Positions 18,160 to 28,051 of a DNA stretch of 64,000 bases are shown here, piece after piece. How positions within the stretch are numbered: the first letter of the stretch is position 1; each line of letters begins with the position of its first letter. The position numbers and the translations under genes were made by a program. The notes beneath the pieces are model-generated. The model had not been told where the DNA came from, ran no database searches, and was given only the letters and a program-made list of their open reading frames with translations. The DNA is from Rothia mucilaginosa (GTDB taxonomy: Bacteria > Actinomycetota > Actinomycetes > Actinomycetales > Micrococcaceae): the NCBI RefSeq assembly GCF_963534775.1, contig NZ_CAUSUH010000006.1, one strand, 5' to 3'.

Positions 18160-19742
18160 GCCGCGATAAGGAACTAGAAAAGACCCTCGTGAAGAATGCT
18201 GACAAGAACTTAGCTACGACCGCAGAGAATACCGAGGCGGCTGCGGCTATAATCCCATGGGCTTCGGCTGGCCCTACTGCTGAACCTGCACCGGTTGCGG
18301 AACCGGCTGCTGAAAGCGCTGTAGAAAGTGCTGGGCCCGCCGCATCCTCTGTAGCCACCGCGGAAAAAGCGGCAAAGGAAGAAGTCGCCGAAGAAACCGC
18401 CAAGCAGCCCACAAAACCTGCGCGTCGTAGCTTCTTTGACCGCATCCCCGGCATGCGTAGCGGCGCTCTCTGGGCGTACCTGCTGTTCGTCCTGGTTGCC
18501 CTCTACGCCTTCGACTACGTGACGCACGCAGCGGCTGACGATATTTACGTCTACCGCCTGGGCGCTATCTCCCTCGCGGACGGCCCGGACGGCTACCAGC
18601 TCTACACCTTCCGCACACGCGGCCTGCCGTTCACCTACCCGCCGTTTGCGGCGCTGCTCTTTTACCCGCTCGCGTTCCTCACCGAGCCGCAGAGCATGCT
18701 GCTGATTACCGCCATTATTTGTGCGCTCAGCTACTGGTGCGCGTACCTGCTGTACTCCTACGCCCGTAGCCGCTCGTGGCGTCTGCCGTTGCAGAAGCAT
18801 CTGGGTCATTGGGGTATGGTGTCGCTGATTGCGGCGCTGATTTGGATGTGCGGCCCGTGGCGTTTGACCACGCATTTTGGGCAGATTAACGCCATCATTC
18901 TGATGCTGATTCTCGCCGATTTTATGCGCCCGGCAACCCGCGTTCCGCGCGGTGTGCTGCTGGGTATTGCGGCGGGTATTAAGCTGACCCCGCTCGCGTT
19001 CGGTCTGCTGCTGCTCATGCGTAAGGACTGGAAGGGCATCGCGACCCTGGGTGCTAGCTTCGCCGCGACCGTGGGTATCGGCTTCCTGGTGATCCGTGAG
19101 GAGTCGCTGACGTTCTGGTTCCATGCGGTGCATGACACTTCGCGTGTGGGCTGGTTCAGCTACTTCGATAACGTATCGATTATGGGTACGCTGACCCACG
19201 CGGGCCTGCAGCATCACCTGACGGCTACCGCCCTGTCGGTGGTGCAGGTGGCGTTGACTCTGCTGATTGTGCTGGTCACGGCGGTTCTGTTGGTTCCGCT
19301 GATTCGTGCCCGCGCACTCATGGCGCAGCTGGCGCTGACCGCGTTCATGATGCTACAGATTTCGCCGATTAGCTGGTCGCACCACAACACCTGGTACCCG
19401 CTGATGCTCGCCGCCGTGGTCATGGAAATCTTCCCGCTCATATACCAGCGGGTCAGTTCCTTCGTCTTCACGCTGGCTGTTATCTTGGCGACTGCGGCGC
19501 TGGTGGGCATGTACATTTCGCCGTTCTGGATTGTGCTGGCGTTCTCCCCGCACTTCAACGCGGATCAGATTCTGATGGTGCCGGAAGGCTCCCTGGGCCT
19601 GATGGCGGGCACCACGCCGTACCAGCTGATGTACCTGTTTATTCTGGTGACGTTCTTTGTGTACCTGGCGAATCGTCAGCTGGTGGAAAATGCGGCACGC
19701 GCCGCGGGCGCCGAACTGGCGGAGGCGAGGTACTCCCGCTAA
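18156..19742 (+). CDS. GT87 family mannosyltransferase, copy 2
   Basis: Contains DIYVY, PFTYPPFAA, GQIN, GIKLTP and SPISWSHH. GTGA overlap with copy 1; Ala/Glu-rich N-terminal extension. Confidence 0.88.
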   Translation: MSRDKELEKTLVKNADKNLATTAENTEAAAAIIPWASAGPTAEPAPVAEPAAESAVESAGPAASSVATAEKAAKEEVAEETAKQPTKPARRSFFDRIPGMRSGALWAYLLFVLVALYAFDYVTHAAADDIYVYRLGAISLADGPDGYQLYTFRTRGLPFTYPPFAALLFYPLAFLTEPQSMLLITAIICALSYWCAYLLYSYARSRSWRLPLQKHLGHWGMVSLIAALIWMCGPWRLTTHFGQINAIILMLILADFMRPATRVPRGVLLGIAAGIKLTPLAFGLLLLMRKDWKGIATLGASFAATVGIGFLVIREESLTFWFHAVHDTSRVGWFSYFDNVSIMGTLTHAGLQHHLTATALSVVQVALTLLIVLVTAVLLVPLIRARALMAQLALTAFMMLQISPISWSHHNTWYPLMLAAVVMEIFPLIYQRVSSFVFTLAVILATAALVGMYISPFWIVLAFSPHFNADQILMVPEGSLGLMAGTTPYQLMYLFILVTFFVYLANRQLVENAARAAGAELAEARYSR

Positions 19743-19800
19743 AGAAACTGCCCGCTCACGGTGGCTAGCGCCTCCAGCAGGTGCACAGGCCTCACCGGGT

Positions 19801-19847
19801 ATAAAAGTATCCCCCGCACCCATCACGGATGCGGGGGATACTTTTAT
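19801..19847. terminator. Bidirectional intrinsic terminator
   Basis: ATAAAAGTATCCCCCGCA...TGCGGGGGATACTTTTAT between convergent genes. Confidence 0.85.
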
Positions 19848-19878
19848 GCCCAGCCTACTGACCTAGTCAGTCACGCTG

Positions 19879-22017
19879 TTAGTTAGTGCCGATGCTCCAA
19901 GTAATGTTGGAGTCGGTACGAACCTGCATGTAGCTCTTGTTGCTCTGAACCCACTGCATGCTGCTCTTCACGGTCGGAATGGTCGAGGAGAAGAACGGGT
20001 CGTTCTTGGTCGCGTTCAGAACGGTGAAGCCGCGGGTGGTCGGGCCGCTGGTCTGGAACTCCATGGTTGCCTCGGTGCCTTCGTAGGTGAAAGCGTAGAA
20101 GTTCATGGTGCTCTGGAACTTCTCACCCTTCTTGTAGTGGGGTGCGGAGTCTGCATCGTAGACGCGGATGGTCCACTCGCCCTTACCGGTCAGCTCCAGC
20201 TTGCGGGTGGGGGTGGAGTGGCCGCTCGCGTCAATCCACGCGGTGCCCTTGAGCTCCTTGCCGTCGCGGGTGGAGTCGATAACGCTCACACCCGAGGCGA
20301 TGTTGCCCTTATCGTCACGGCTGGTGATGAAGGCGTTGACCACACCGTCTGCGGGCTTGAACTCGTAGTAGAGCAGGCCTGCGGACACATCGCCCTTGAT
20401 CTTCTCAATGTCGATGGTGTCCTTGTTGTCGGCGACGGTCTTCTTGTACTCCTTGAACTCACCCTCGGGCATCTTCGCTTCAGCAGCAGCGATGGGTGCT
20501 GCGGAAGAAGCGGAAGTACCTGCTGCCGCGCTCTCAGATGCGGGCGCTGCGGAAGAAGCCTCAGAGGATGCCGCCGCGGAAGACGCCTCAGCGGAAGTAG
20601 CTGCCGCGCTCGATGCCGCCGCAGAATTGGAGGCGGGGTTCGAGCCGCCACGCGGAATCAGCATGACAATCGCCAGGATGATGACAATCAGCAGAGCCAG
20701 CGCACCACCGATAACACCCCAAATCTTGGTACCGGAGAACAGACCCTTCTTCTCGGAGTCGTCCTCGCCCTGACCTGCGGGCTCGGTGACGTAGGGGTTG
20801 CTCAGTGCCACGGTTGCCTGGTCCTGATCGGACACCTGACCTGCGTAGGGCTGCTGAGCGTTGTACGGCTGACCCTGGTAGGGGTTGTTCTGGTACTGGC
20901 CGCCCTGGACGTTCTGACCGTCCTGGAAGCCCTGACCCTGGAAACCCTGGCCCTGGTACTGGCCACCCTGGAAGTTCTGGCCCTGGAAACCATCAGCCTG
21001 GTTCGGCTGGAAGCCGTTCGGTGCCTGACCCGCCGGGATGAACTGTGCGTTCTGGCCGCCCTGTGCGTTCTGGCCGGGCTGCATGTTCTGACCGGGCTGT
21101 TCCGAGAGGTTCACGGTACGCTCGGACAGGTTGACGGTGCGCTCGGTTTCGGGGGTGTGGAACTCAACGAGCGGGGAGCTCTCAATAGTGTGGGGAGTCT
21201 CAGCTGCGGGAGCCTCAGCGACCGGTTCAGCTGCCGCCGGTGCCTCGGGGGCAACCTCGGCGACGGGCTCAACAACGGGCTCTGCAACAGGCTCGGAAAC
21301 GACCGGCTCAGAAGCGGCAGGCTCGGAAACAGCGGGCTCAGACAGTGCGGGCTCAGCAATCGGAGCCTCAACAACGTGCGCCTCAACAACGTGCGCCTCA
21401 ACGGGCTGCTCGGAAGCAACCTGCTCAGCAACGGGAGCCTCAACAGCGGGCTCTTCAGCAGCAGTCTCTTCAACTGCGGAAGACTGGGATGCGAGAACCT
21501 GCTCGGGCAGAGCGGTACCGGTCAGCGGAACCTGAGTCAGGTGACGCATCGGCTTGGGCTCGGAGGATTCCTCAGCGGACTCCTGAACGGACTCAGCTGC
21601 GGGTGCTTCTACCTGCTGTGCCTCAACGTGGGCCGCCTCAGCCTGGGGCGCGGGAGCTTCCGGAACCTCGACGATCTGCTCACCTTCGAGCTCAGCGGCG
21701 AGCTGCTCCAGGTCAACGTCCTCAACGGTCAGCGGTGCCGCAGCCTCGGCGGGCTGCTCAGCCTCAACAGCGGGCTCAGCAACTACAGGCTCAGCAACCT
21801 GCTCAGCGGGAGCCGCCTCGGCAGCGGGCTCCTCGGGAATCAGCGGCTCAATAGTAGCCTCTTCAACCTGAATGGGTTCAGGCTCGGGCTCTTCGACCCA
21901 CAGCTGCCAGCCTTCAGGAACGGGACCCCACGCGGGGTCGGGGCGCCACGTAGGAGTGGGGGCCCATCCGGCAGGAGGAGCGGGCCAGTTGGGCGGCGGA
22001 TTGAAGACGAGTGCCAT
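19879..22017 (-). CDS. Single-pass membrane protein with long Pro/Glu/Ala- and Gln/Gly-rich cytoplasmic region and an extracellular C-terminal domain
   Basis: N-terminal FNPPPNWPAPPAGWAP...PDPAWGPVPEGWQLW motif, low-complexity repeats, TM IWGVIGGALALLIVIILAIVMLI and a Ser/Ala linker. Start placed at ATG 22017. Confidence 0.75.
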   Translation of the reverse strand: MALVFNPPPNWPAPPAGWAPTPTWRPDPAWGPVPEGWQLWVEEPEPEPIQVEEATIEPLIPEEPAAEAAPAEQVAEPVVAEPAVEAEQPAEAAAPLTVEDVDLEQLAAELEGEQIVEVPEAPAPQAEAAHVEAQQVEAPAAESVQESAEESSEPKPMRHLTQVPLTGTALPEQVLASQSSAVEETAAEEPAVEAPVAEQVASEQPVEAHVVEAHVVEAPIAEPALSEPAVSEPAASEPVVSEPVAEPVVEPVAEVAPEAPAAAEPVAEAPAAETPHTIESSPLVEFHTPETERTVNLSERTVNLSEQPGQNMQPGQNAQGGQNAQFIPAGQAPNGFQPNQADGFQGQNFQGGQYQGQGFQGQGFQDGQNVQGGQYQNNPYQGQPYNAQQPYAGQVSDQDQATVALSNPYVTEPAGQGEDDSEKKGLFSGTKIWGVIGGALALLIVIILAIVMLIPRGGSNPASNSAAASSAAATSAEASSAAASSEASSAAPASESAAAGTSASSAAPIAAAEAKMPEGEFKEYKKTVADNKDTIDIEKIKGDVSAGLLYYEFKPADGVVNAFITSRDDKGNIASGVSVIDSTRDGKELKGTAWIDASGHSTPTRKLELTGKGEWTIRVYDADSAPHYKKGEKFQSTMNFYAFTYEGTEATMEFQTSGPTTRGFTVLNATKNDPFFSSTIPTVKSSMQWVQSNKSYMQVRTDSNITWSIGTN

Positions 22018-22259
22018 AAGAAAGCAGCCTTTCTGGTGCTGAAAAAACACCCCGGAAGAGCGGTCATCAGCGACTATGTATATGAGCGTATTATCGCTAC
22101 AAATTATGGCATAGGTTCAGAAAATGAACCCCGTGAATGGTGGGTTTTTAGCCTTATTCACGGCTTTTTCAATGGTTTTGGAACATTCCGTATCAATCAG
22201 TACTTGAAGGTTTCCGTATGCCCGGTCACCATCGACCCCGCGAAGGCTAGGATTAAAGA

Positions 22260-23240
22260 ATGAACACTACACCGCCTCCCGCACCCCCGCAGGTAGCCGC
22301 CGGAACCCCCGCTGCTCCTGCGCCTGTTGCAGGTCTTGCCTACCACCGTCTCTCTCACGCCGACCCGAAATCCCGCTGGTTCTCACCCCTGCTGGAAGGT
22401 CTGCTCGGCGTCGCCGTATTTATTGGCCTCAACCTGATCATTTCAGTTGCCCTGGCTGCGACGATTATGGGTTCGGGACTTTCCCTCCAGGATGTAGCTA
22501 CGAACCGCGCCGTCATTATGGAACACCCGGCGCTGTTCGCGCTGACCTTCCTCTCCCTTATCGCCATTGTGCCTTCGCTCTTTCTGGCGCGCCTGGTCGT
22601 GGGTCCGAAGCCCTGGGGTCTGATCCATTCGGTGGCGGGCCGCCTGCGTCGCTCGCTGCTGCTTCCGTACCTGGGTTTGAGCTTCGCGGTTTACGGCATC
22701 TACTACGCCGTGATGCTGGCGTTGAGCGGTGAGAGCCTGCCCGAATACCGCTATTTTCAACCTCCACAGGTTGAATTTTGGGTTTATGTGGCGATGATGC
22801 TGCTCCTGGTGCCCGTGCAGTGCTACGCCGAAGAGCTCGCCTACCGCGGCTTCATGATGCAGATGCTTGGCCGCTGGCTCCGCACCCCCTGGCTGCCGAT
22901 TGTGCTGCCCGCCGTGCTGTTCATGCTCTCCCACGCCTACGACCCCTGGGGCCAGAGCACGATTCTCGCGATGGGTATTTACGCGGGTTTCCTCTGCTGG
23001 TATACCGGCGGTCTGGAAGCCTCCATCAGCCTGCACGTGGCAAATAACGTGATCCTGATGCTGCTGTCCATGGTGGCTGGTCTGGATCCGTTCGCCTCCG
23101 AGGGCGTGACCCCCGTGGATGCGTTGCAGGGTATTGCACTGGAAGGCGTGTACGTGGTGCTCGCCTGCCTGATCTTCAACGCACGCGCTCGCCGCGGCGA
23201 GGTTTCACGTGAAACACAACCACTCAAGGTTGATAAATAG
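22260..23240 (+). CDS. CPBP (CAAX/Abi-like) intramembrane glutamic endopeptidase
   Basis: Contains AEELAYRG, FMLSH and GGLEASISLHVANN. Confidence 0.9.
   Translation: MNTTPPPAPPQVAAGTPAAPAPVAGLAYHRLSHADPKSRWFSPLLEGLLGVAVFIGLNLIISVALAATIMGSGLSLQDVATNRAVIMEHPALFALTFLSLIAIVPSLFLARLVVGPKPWGLIHSVAGRLRRSLLLPYLGLSFAVYGIYYAVMLALSGESLPEYRYFQPPQVEFWVYVAMMLLLVPVQCYAEELAYRGFMMQMLGRWLRTPWLPIVLPAVLFMLSHAYDPWGQSTILAMGIYAGFLCWYTGGLEASISLHVANNVILMLLSMVAGLDPFASEGVTPVDALQGIALEGVYVVLACLIFNARARRGEVSRETQPLKVDK
23201..23216. promoter_or_regulatory. parS: parS chromosome-partition site
   Basis: GGTTTCACGTGAAACA: perfect 14-bp palindrome GTTTCACGTGAAAC, 15/16 match to the consensus TGTTTCACGTGAAACA. Lies within the CDS, encoding VSRET. 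Confidence 0.8.
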
Positions 23241-23384
23241 GCTATTTGGCGGGTTGCTCTAGCTCAGCTACCCCAGCCCGCCCACCCCGCTCCATTCGAG
23301 CCTCACCAGGGCTATTGCTCCACACCGCGTGGATTATCAGCCCGGGTCACCCCGTCAACACCCAAGAAAAGGTAGGGTTAAACC

Positions 23385-24692
23385 ATGACTGTTGATGCTG
23401 TAAAAAATATTGAAGACCTCGCCGCATTCGTGGCGGAGTCGCCGGTCTCTTACCTCGCCGCGCGCACGGTAGCGCGCCGCCTGCAAGCAGCGGGCTTCAC
23501 CGAGCTTGTAGAGACCGAAGCATGGGACCCGCAGATTGCAACCGGCCGCCACTTCGTCGTCCGTGACGGCGCGATTATCGCCTGGGCTGGCGGCGCGAAG
23601 GCGCAGAAGGCAAGCGGCTACCGCGTTCTGGGTGCGCACACCGACTCGCCCTCCCTGAAGGTCAAGCCTTCCTCCTCCATCACCACGAAGGGCTGGCACC
23701 AGATTGCCGTGGAGAACTATGGTGGTGCACTGCTGAACTCCTTCCTGGACCGTGAGCTGTGCGTGGCGGGCCGCCTCACCGTCCTTGAGGGCGGGGAGCT
23801 GAAGGACCGCCTGGTGCGCACCGGTCCGATTGCGCGCATCCCGCAGCTGGCGCCGCACCTGGACCACAAGCGCAACGAACTGGTACTGGACAAGCAGTTC
23901 AACATGTACCCCGTGTGGGGCGTGGACCCGGCGGAGAACGACGTGCTCGGCTACATGGCGAAGCACGTGATTGACGGTGAGCCGGTCGACCCGCAGAGCA
24001 TCGTGGGTTACGACCTGCTGTTCGCTGATTCGCAGCCGCCGCGCCGCTTCGGTGCGGATCAGGAGCTGTTCGCTTCCGGTCGCCTGGATAACCTGTCTTC
24101 GGTGCACGCGGGTTTGACCGCCCTGGAGCGTTACGTTGCCGATAATGCGGACGAGCACGCTACCGAGACTGTGATGCTTGCGGCGTTTGACCATGAGGAG
24201 CTTGGTTCGGAGTCGCGTAGTGGTGCGGCGGGCCCGTTCCTGGAGGATATTTTGGTGCGCCTGTCCGCTGCGCGCGGTGAGAGCACAGAGGAGTACCGCC
24301 GTTCGGTGGCGGCGTCGTTCTGCCTGTCGGCTGACGCCGGTCACCTGGTGCACCCGAACTATCAGGGTCACCACGACCCGACCGTGCAGCCGCTGCCCGG
24401 TGGTGGTCCGTTGCTGAAGATTAACGCGAACCAGCGTTATGCGACGGATTCGGTGGGTGCTGGCGTGTTTGCTGCGGCGTGTGCGAAGGCTGGTGTTCCG
24501 TATCAGGAGTTCGTGTCGAATAACAATATGCCGTGTGGTTCGACGATTGGCCCGATTACGGCGACTCGCCTGGGTATGCGCACCGTGGATGTGGGTATTG
24601 GTTTGCTGTCGATGCATTCGATGCGCGAGATGTGCCATGTGGACGATATGGCGTACATGACGCGCGCGGTGGAGGGCTTCTTCCGCCTCTAA
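23385..24692 (+). CDS. M18 family aminopeptidase
   Basis: Contains GAHTDSP, GRLDNL, FDHEELGS, SADAGH, PCGSTIGP and LSMHSMRE. Confidence 0.93.
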   Translation: MTVDAVKNIEDLAAFVAESPVSYLAARTVARRLQAAGFTELVETEAWDPQIATGRHFVVRDGAIIAWAGGAKAQKASGYRVLGAHTDSPSLKVKPSSSITTKGWHQIAVENYGGALLNSFLDRELCVAGRLTVLEGGELKDRLVRTGPIARIPQLAPHLDHKRNELVLDKQFNMYPVWGVDPAENDVLGYMAKHVIDGEPVDPQSIVGYDLLFADSQPPRRFGADQELFASGRLDNLSSVHAGLTALERYVADNADEHATETVMLAAFDHEELGSESRSGAAGPFLEDILVRLSAARGESTEEYRRSVAASFCLSADAGHLVHPNYQGHHDPTVQPLPGGGPLLKINANQRYATDSVGAGVFAAACAKAGVPYQEFVSNNNMPCGSTIGPITATRLGMRTVDVGIGLLSMHSMREMCHVDDMAYMTRAVEGFFRL

Positions 24693-24727
24693 ATTGAATC
24701 CCGCTGAGGTGTGAACAGCTGGGGAGT

Positions 24728-24767
24728 GGGCGCCGGGAACGTAAGGTTCCCGGCGCCCTTATTTTTT
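24728..24767 (+). terminator. Intrinsic terminator
   Basis: GGGCGCCGGGAAC-GTAAG-GTTCCCGGCGCCC-TTATTTTTT. Confidence 0.88.
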
Positions 24768-24960
24768 AAAAATTTTAAATTTTTCGGGGGGGGGGAGGTG
24801 TTTACCTCTTGAATAGGGTTTATGCGTGCTGTAAAGTAACCCACAATACGTTATGCACGTGTTGCACACTACTTGTTTTTGAGAAGTTTTCACCAATGAT
24901 GGTGCACCACCAGCTCGTCACCGGCGTAGCGAGCGAACCCCAACATGAAAGGCGGTTCCC

Positions 24961-25308
24961 ATGTTCTTCGATATTTCTCTGATCCCGCTGGCGGTTTTGG
25001 TCCTTGTGGGTCAGTTGAAAAAAGCACCACGAACGTCGTCAAAGGACCCGGGTTATCAGGAGCAGAGGGAGCAGGTGCGAAAGCACCGGCGCATCCTGGA
25101 TATGCTCAGCCTGAGTCTTGCTCTTGCCCTGATGATTATTCATTGGGGTGGCCCCCTGATGACGCTTGCCTATCGGGCAGTCGTTATTTGGTGGGTTCCC
25201 AGCCAGCTGTATGATCTCTGGCAGAAGTTCAATGTGTCGCGTGAGGTACTCTTCGCGTGTGCTGTAGCCCTGATCGTTATTGAGTTTGGGTTGGCGCTCC
25301 TACCCTAA
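24961..25308 (+). CDS. Hypothetical small membrane protein
   Basis: 115 aa with several hydrophobic segments; RBS-like GAAAGG upstream and a hairpin after the stop. Confidence 0.6.
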   Translation: MFFDISLIPLAVLVLVGQLKKAPRTSSKDPGYQEQREQVRKHRRILDMLSLSLALALMIIHWGGPLMTLAYRAVVIWWVPSQLYDLWQKFNVSREVLFACAVALIVIEFGLALLP

Positions 25309-25320
25309 CCTGCACCCTAT

Positions 25321-25364
25321 AACAGTTGTGGCGGTGACCGAATGAAACGGTCACCGCCACAACT
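25321..25364. repeat. 44-bp terminator-like hairpin repeat, copy A
   Basis: AACAGTTGTGGCGGTGACCGAATGAAACGGTCACCGCCACAACT; 42/44 identical to 28052..28095. Confidence 0.85.
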
Positions 25365-25404
25365 ATTTTTAAGATGAGACAGACTCAGATTAGACGGGGT
25401 TCGA

Positions 25405-26151
25405 TTAGACAGGGTTGTCGGGGCTGGGCAGGGTTACCACCTCAGACCAGCGAGTATCCTTAGCAGCCGCACGGTTCGCGTCGCTCTTCTGCTTCACATC
25501 GGCTGGCGCCTGCTGCGCCCACAACTCAAAAGCAACAATGTAGTTCTCGGGGTAGTTTGCCGCGAGCAGCTCCTGGCGGGTCGGGAAGTATTCCTTACCC
25601 TCTCGAATATCAACGTAGTTGCTTGCCTTGTAGGGGTCTGCGCTCTGGATGTCAGTGCGCGGGCCGGAGGCTACCTTTCCGCTTGCCACGTTATTGTCAT
25701 CGATAGCGCGCACCCACGCCGCGGCGTAGGCGTGATCGGCCTTGTTCTTCTCGTACAGCGCCAGGCACTCGGCTCCTGCTGATTCAGCTTCGGCACGGGT
25801 GGGGAAGTTCGCCTGGTTGCGCACAACATGCCGCGCGGAGACGTAGGAGGGCAGTGCCGTACCGCGGTCGGCGCTGATGGCTTCCTGCTGCTTGAGGGTT
25901 TGAGCTTTCGCGGCTTCGTCAGGTTCAAGACAGGGGGTGGAGCTCTTCTTCGCCGCGGAAGAGGAAGCGGACCCGGTGGCGCTTGAAGCTGACGGGGATG
26001 AAGTCACGGTTGTGTTCGAGGGTGCGGGAGTGTTTGATGCCGTGCTGGTGGAGCTACCGCAGGAGGCAAGAAGTAGAGGAAGAATCACCAGCGCGGCACT
26101 GCGTCGTAGACCGCTGGAACGGAATGAAAGAAAAACAGGGGTGTGGGTCAT
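25405..26151 (-). CDS. Lipoprotein of unknown function (paralog A)
   Basis: Lipobox LASC and a Ser/Thr linker; C-terminal region similar to 27359..28024. Confidence 0.8.
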   Translation of the reverse strand: MTHTPVFLSFRSSGLRRSAALVILPLLLASCGSSTSTASNTPAPSNTTVTSSPSASSATGSASSSAAKKSSTPCLEPDEAAKAQTLKQQEAISADRGTALPSYVSARHVVRNQANFPTRAEAESAGAECLALYEKNKADHAYAAAWVRAIDDNNVASGKVASGPRTDIQSADPYKASNYVDIREGKEYFPTRQELLAANYPENYIVAFELWAQQAPADVKQKSDANRAAAKDTRWSEVVTLPSPDNPV

Positions 26152-26438
26152 GGGACCACCTCACAAGAGGGATGGAACGATATATTGCGTCTAAACATAC
26201 CCGAATATTTGATACGTGGTCAATGGAAAATGTCACCTTAGTTTAAAACCAACACTCTAGACGCAAGATGTGCAACCCAGTAGTCTTAAAGTTCTGACCT
26301 GCTTAAACATGAGGTAGATAGGGTAAGAGTGCGGAGATTTTGCAGGTCGCCTACCTATCCTAGTATTGGCTTTGTGGCTTAGTGGATAAGAAAAACAACA
26401 TTGAGGCTATGCGTTCGGTGTTCCGCTACTAGCGTTTT

Positions 26439-27032
26439 ATGCTACTGAAAGGAAATGGCATCATGAATTCTACATATAAGATGTTTGCCGTAAATGAGAA
26501 AATAATTTTGTATATCTTATTTCTCATTGTATTGCAATTTTTCTATATTTTCCCAACTGCCCTGTATGCAGATTTCTATAGATTTGTATCGCCATGTGAT
26601 AGGTGGCAAAGTGCATATTTCGACTATATACCCTTCTTTGTGGTGGGAGTTGTATCAGCTAGCTTGTGGCAGACTTTTAGTATGTGGCTGGGTGTAAAGC
26701 TTCGTATAGGAATTTTTTGGATCGCATCGCTATATTTAGTTTTTAAAATGTATGGGACTTATGAAATTTTAAAAGGCAATATCTTAAGTTCATGTAAAGT
26801 CCCTACAGAATATATGCATGGAATATTGTGGCCATATGATTTACAGGCATTCATTCTCTGGGGTCCCGATATTGTCTCATGCATTATTTTTATAGCAGTT
26901 TTTATTGCATGTTCTAAGCGTAGCTACTGGATACCAACCCTCGCAGCTATAGCCGCATTTGTTGTGCAGTGCGTCATCTTGGTACTGCTCTGGGAATACG
27001 TTAGGGGACTTATCTATTTCCTCCTGCAGTAG
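26439..27032 (+). CDS. Low-GC hypothetical multi-pass membrane protein
   Basis: Markedly AT-rich ORF with about 5 hydrophobic segments. Start may be ATG 26463. Confidence 0.65.
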   Translation: MLLKGNGIMNSTYKMFAVNEKIILYILFLIVLQFFYIFPTALYADFYRFVSPCDRWQSAYFDYIPFFVVGVVSASLWQTFSMWLGVKLRIGIFWIASLYLVFKMYGTYEILKGNILSSCKVPTEYMHGILWPYDLQAFILWGPDIVSCIIFIAVFIACSKRSYWIPTLAAIAAFVVQCVILVLLWEYVRGLIYFLLQ

Positions 27033-27285
27033 CGATGGGCCGTTGAGGCGCAGGATTTTACGGAGCTGGAGGTTGCATCATCGACACCCTGACCGTACTC
27101 TTCTGGGCATGTTGGCTTCTGCCGATTATCGGGCAAATAGCAATATCTAGTGCTGGTGTTTTAGTGACATATTTGCCTCAAGAGCCCGGTGGCTTGCATG
27201 TTTATGCAAGTCAAGGCGCTGAAAAAACTTGTTTATCGATTTTCTTCCGAGATGTTGGATTTTAAAAAATAAACATAATTTTCTC

Positions 27286-27315
27286 TTGACCATGTATCAA
27301 AACTGCCTGTATATT
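27286..27315 (+). promoter_or_regulatory. Putative sigma70-type promoter
   Basis: TTGACC-N18-TATATT upstream of 27359, preceded by A/T tracts. Confidence 0.5.
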
Positions 27316-27358
27316 GAGGGGCAACTCAGTATGCTCCAGCCCACAATGAGGTGACATT

Positions 27359-28024
27359 ATGGCCCTGAAATCCAGGACCCCCAACCCCCGCTATAACGCA
27401 CTGCGATACGGCGCCGCTCTCTTAACCCTGCCCCTGTTCCTTGCCGCCTGCGGTAGTGCAAACACCGCGGCAAGCAGCACCTCCTCACCCTCCACGGCGA
27501 GCGCCTCAGCAACGGCAAGTACCACGCCCACCGTCAGCTGCTCCTCATACTCCGCCGAAGCTATCGCCTCAGCAGAAGCCACCAAACCCGTCCCGCGCAC
27601 CGATGAACAATACCCCGCGTACATCCAATACCGGAACATCCTCGCAGACGGCGCCCACATTATTGAGCCCAGCGAACTCGACAGCAACTGCCACGCCGCA
27701 CTCAAAGCAGGGCGCAGCGCCCTCCCCGAATACGTCCAAAGCATCGATACCTACAACGCTCAGCCCAGCGTCGGACTCACCGACCCCTTCGCCGGTAGCG
27801 AGTACCGAGACATCAAGAACCGCAACGAATTCATCCCCCACCGCGCAGACCTGGAAGAAGCCGGGTACCCCGAGGTAATCATCCGGCTTTACGAAAAGTG
27901 GTACGAGGCAGCCCCCGCAGACATCAAGACGCTCAGCGACGGCAACCGTGCACGATTCCTCGCCACAAGCGCCTACCAGCAGTGGAAGGCCCAGCCCCAA
28001 ACCCCCAGCAGCTCCCGCGCATAA
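27359..28024 (+). CDS. Lipoprotein of unknown function (paralog B)
   Basis: RBS GAGG, lipobox LAAC, Ser/Thr linker; C-terminal similarity to 25405..26151. Confidence 0.8.
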   Translation: MALKSRTPNPRYNALRYGAALLTLPLFLAACGSANTAASSTSSPSTASASATASTTPTVSCSSYSAEAIASAEATKPVPRTDEQYPAYIQYRNILADGAHIIEPSELDSNCHAALKAGRSALPEYVQSIDTYNAQPSVGLTDPFAGSEYRDIKNRNEFIPHRADLEEAGYPEVIIRLYEKWYEAAPADIKTLSDGNRARFLATSAYQQWKAQPQTPSSSRA

Positions 28025-28051
28025 ACCCACTCACGTATAAGCCCGCTCAAA

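Noticed and set aside
22260..23240. CPBP/Abi protease as an abortive-infection defence gene
   Set aside because: The Abi label for this family does not imply phage defence, and there is no defence context here.
27050..27264. Start-less hydrophobic reading frame (GGCIIDTLTVLFWACWLLPIIGQIAISSAGVLVTYL...)
   Set aside because: Could be a membrane-gene remnant, but it has no start codon or recognisable homology.
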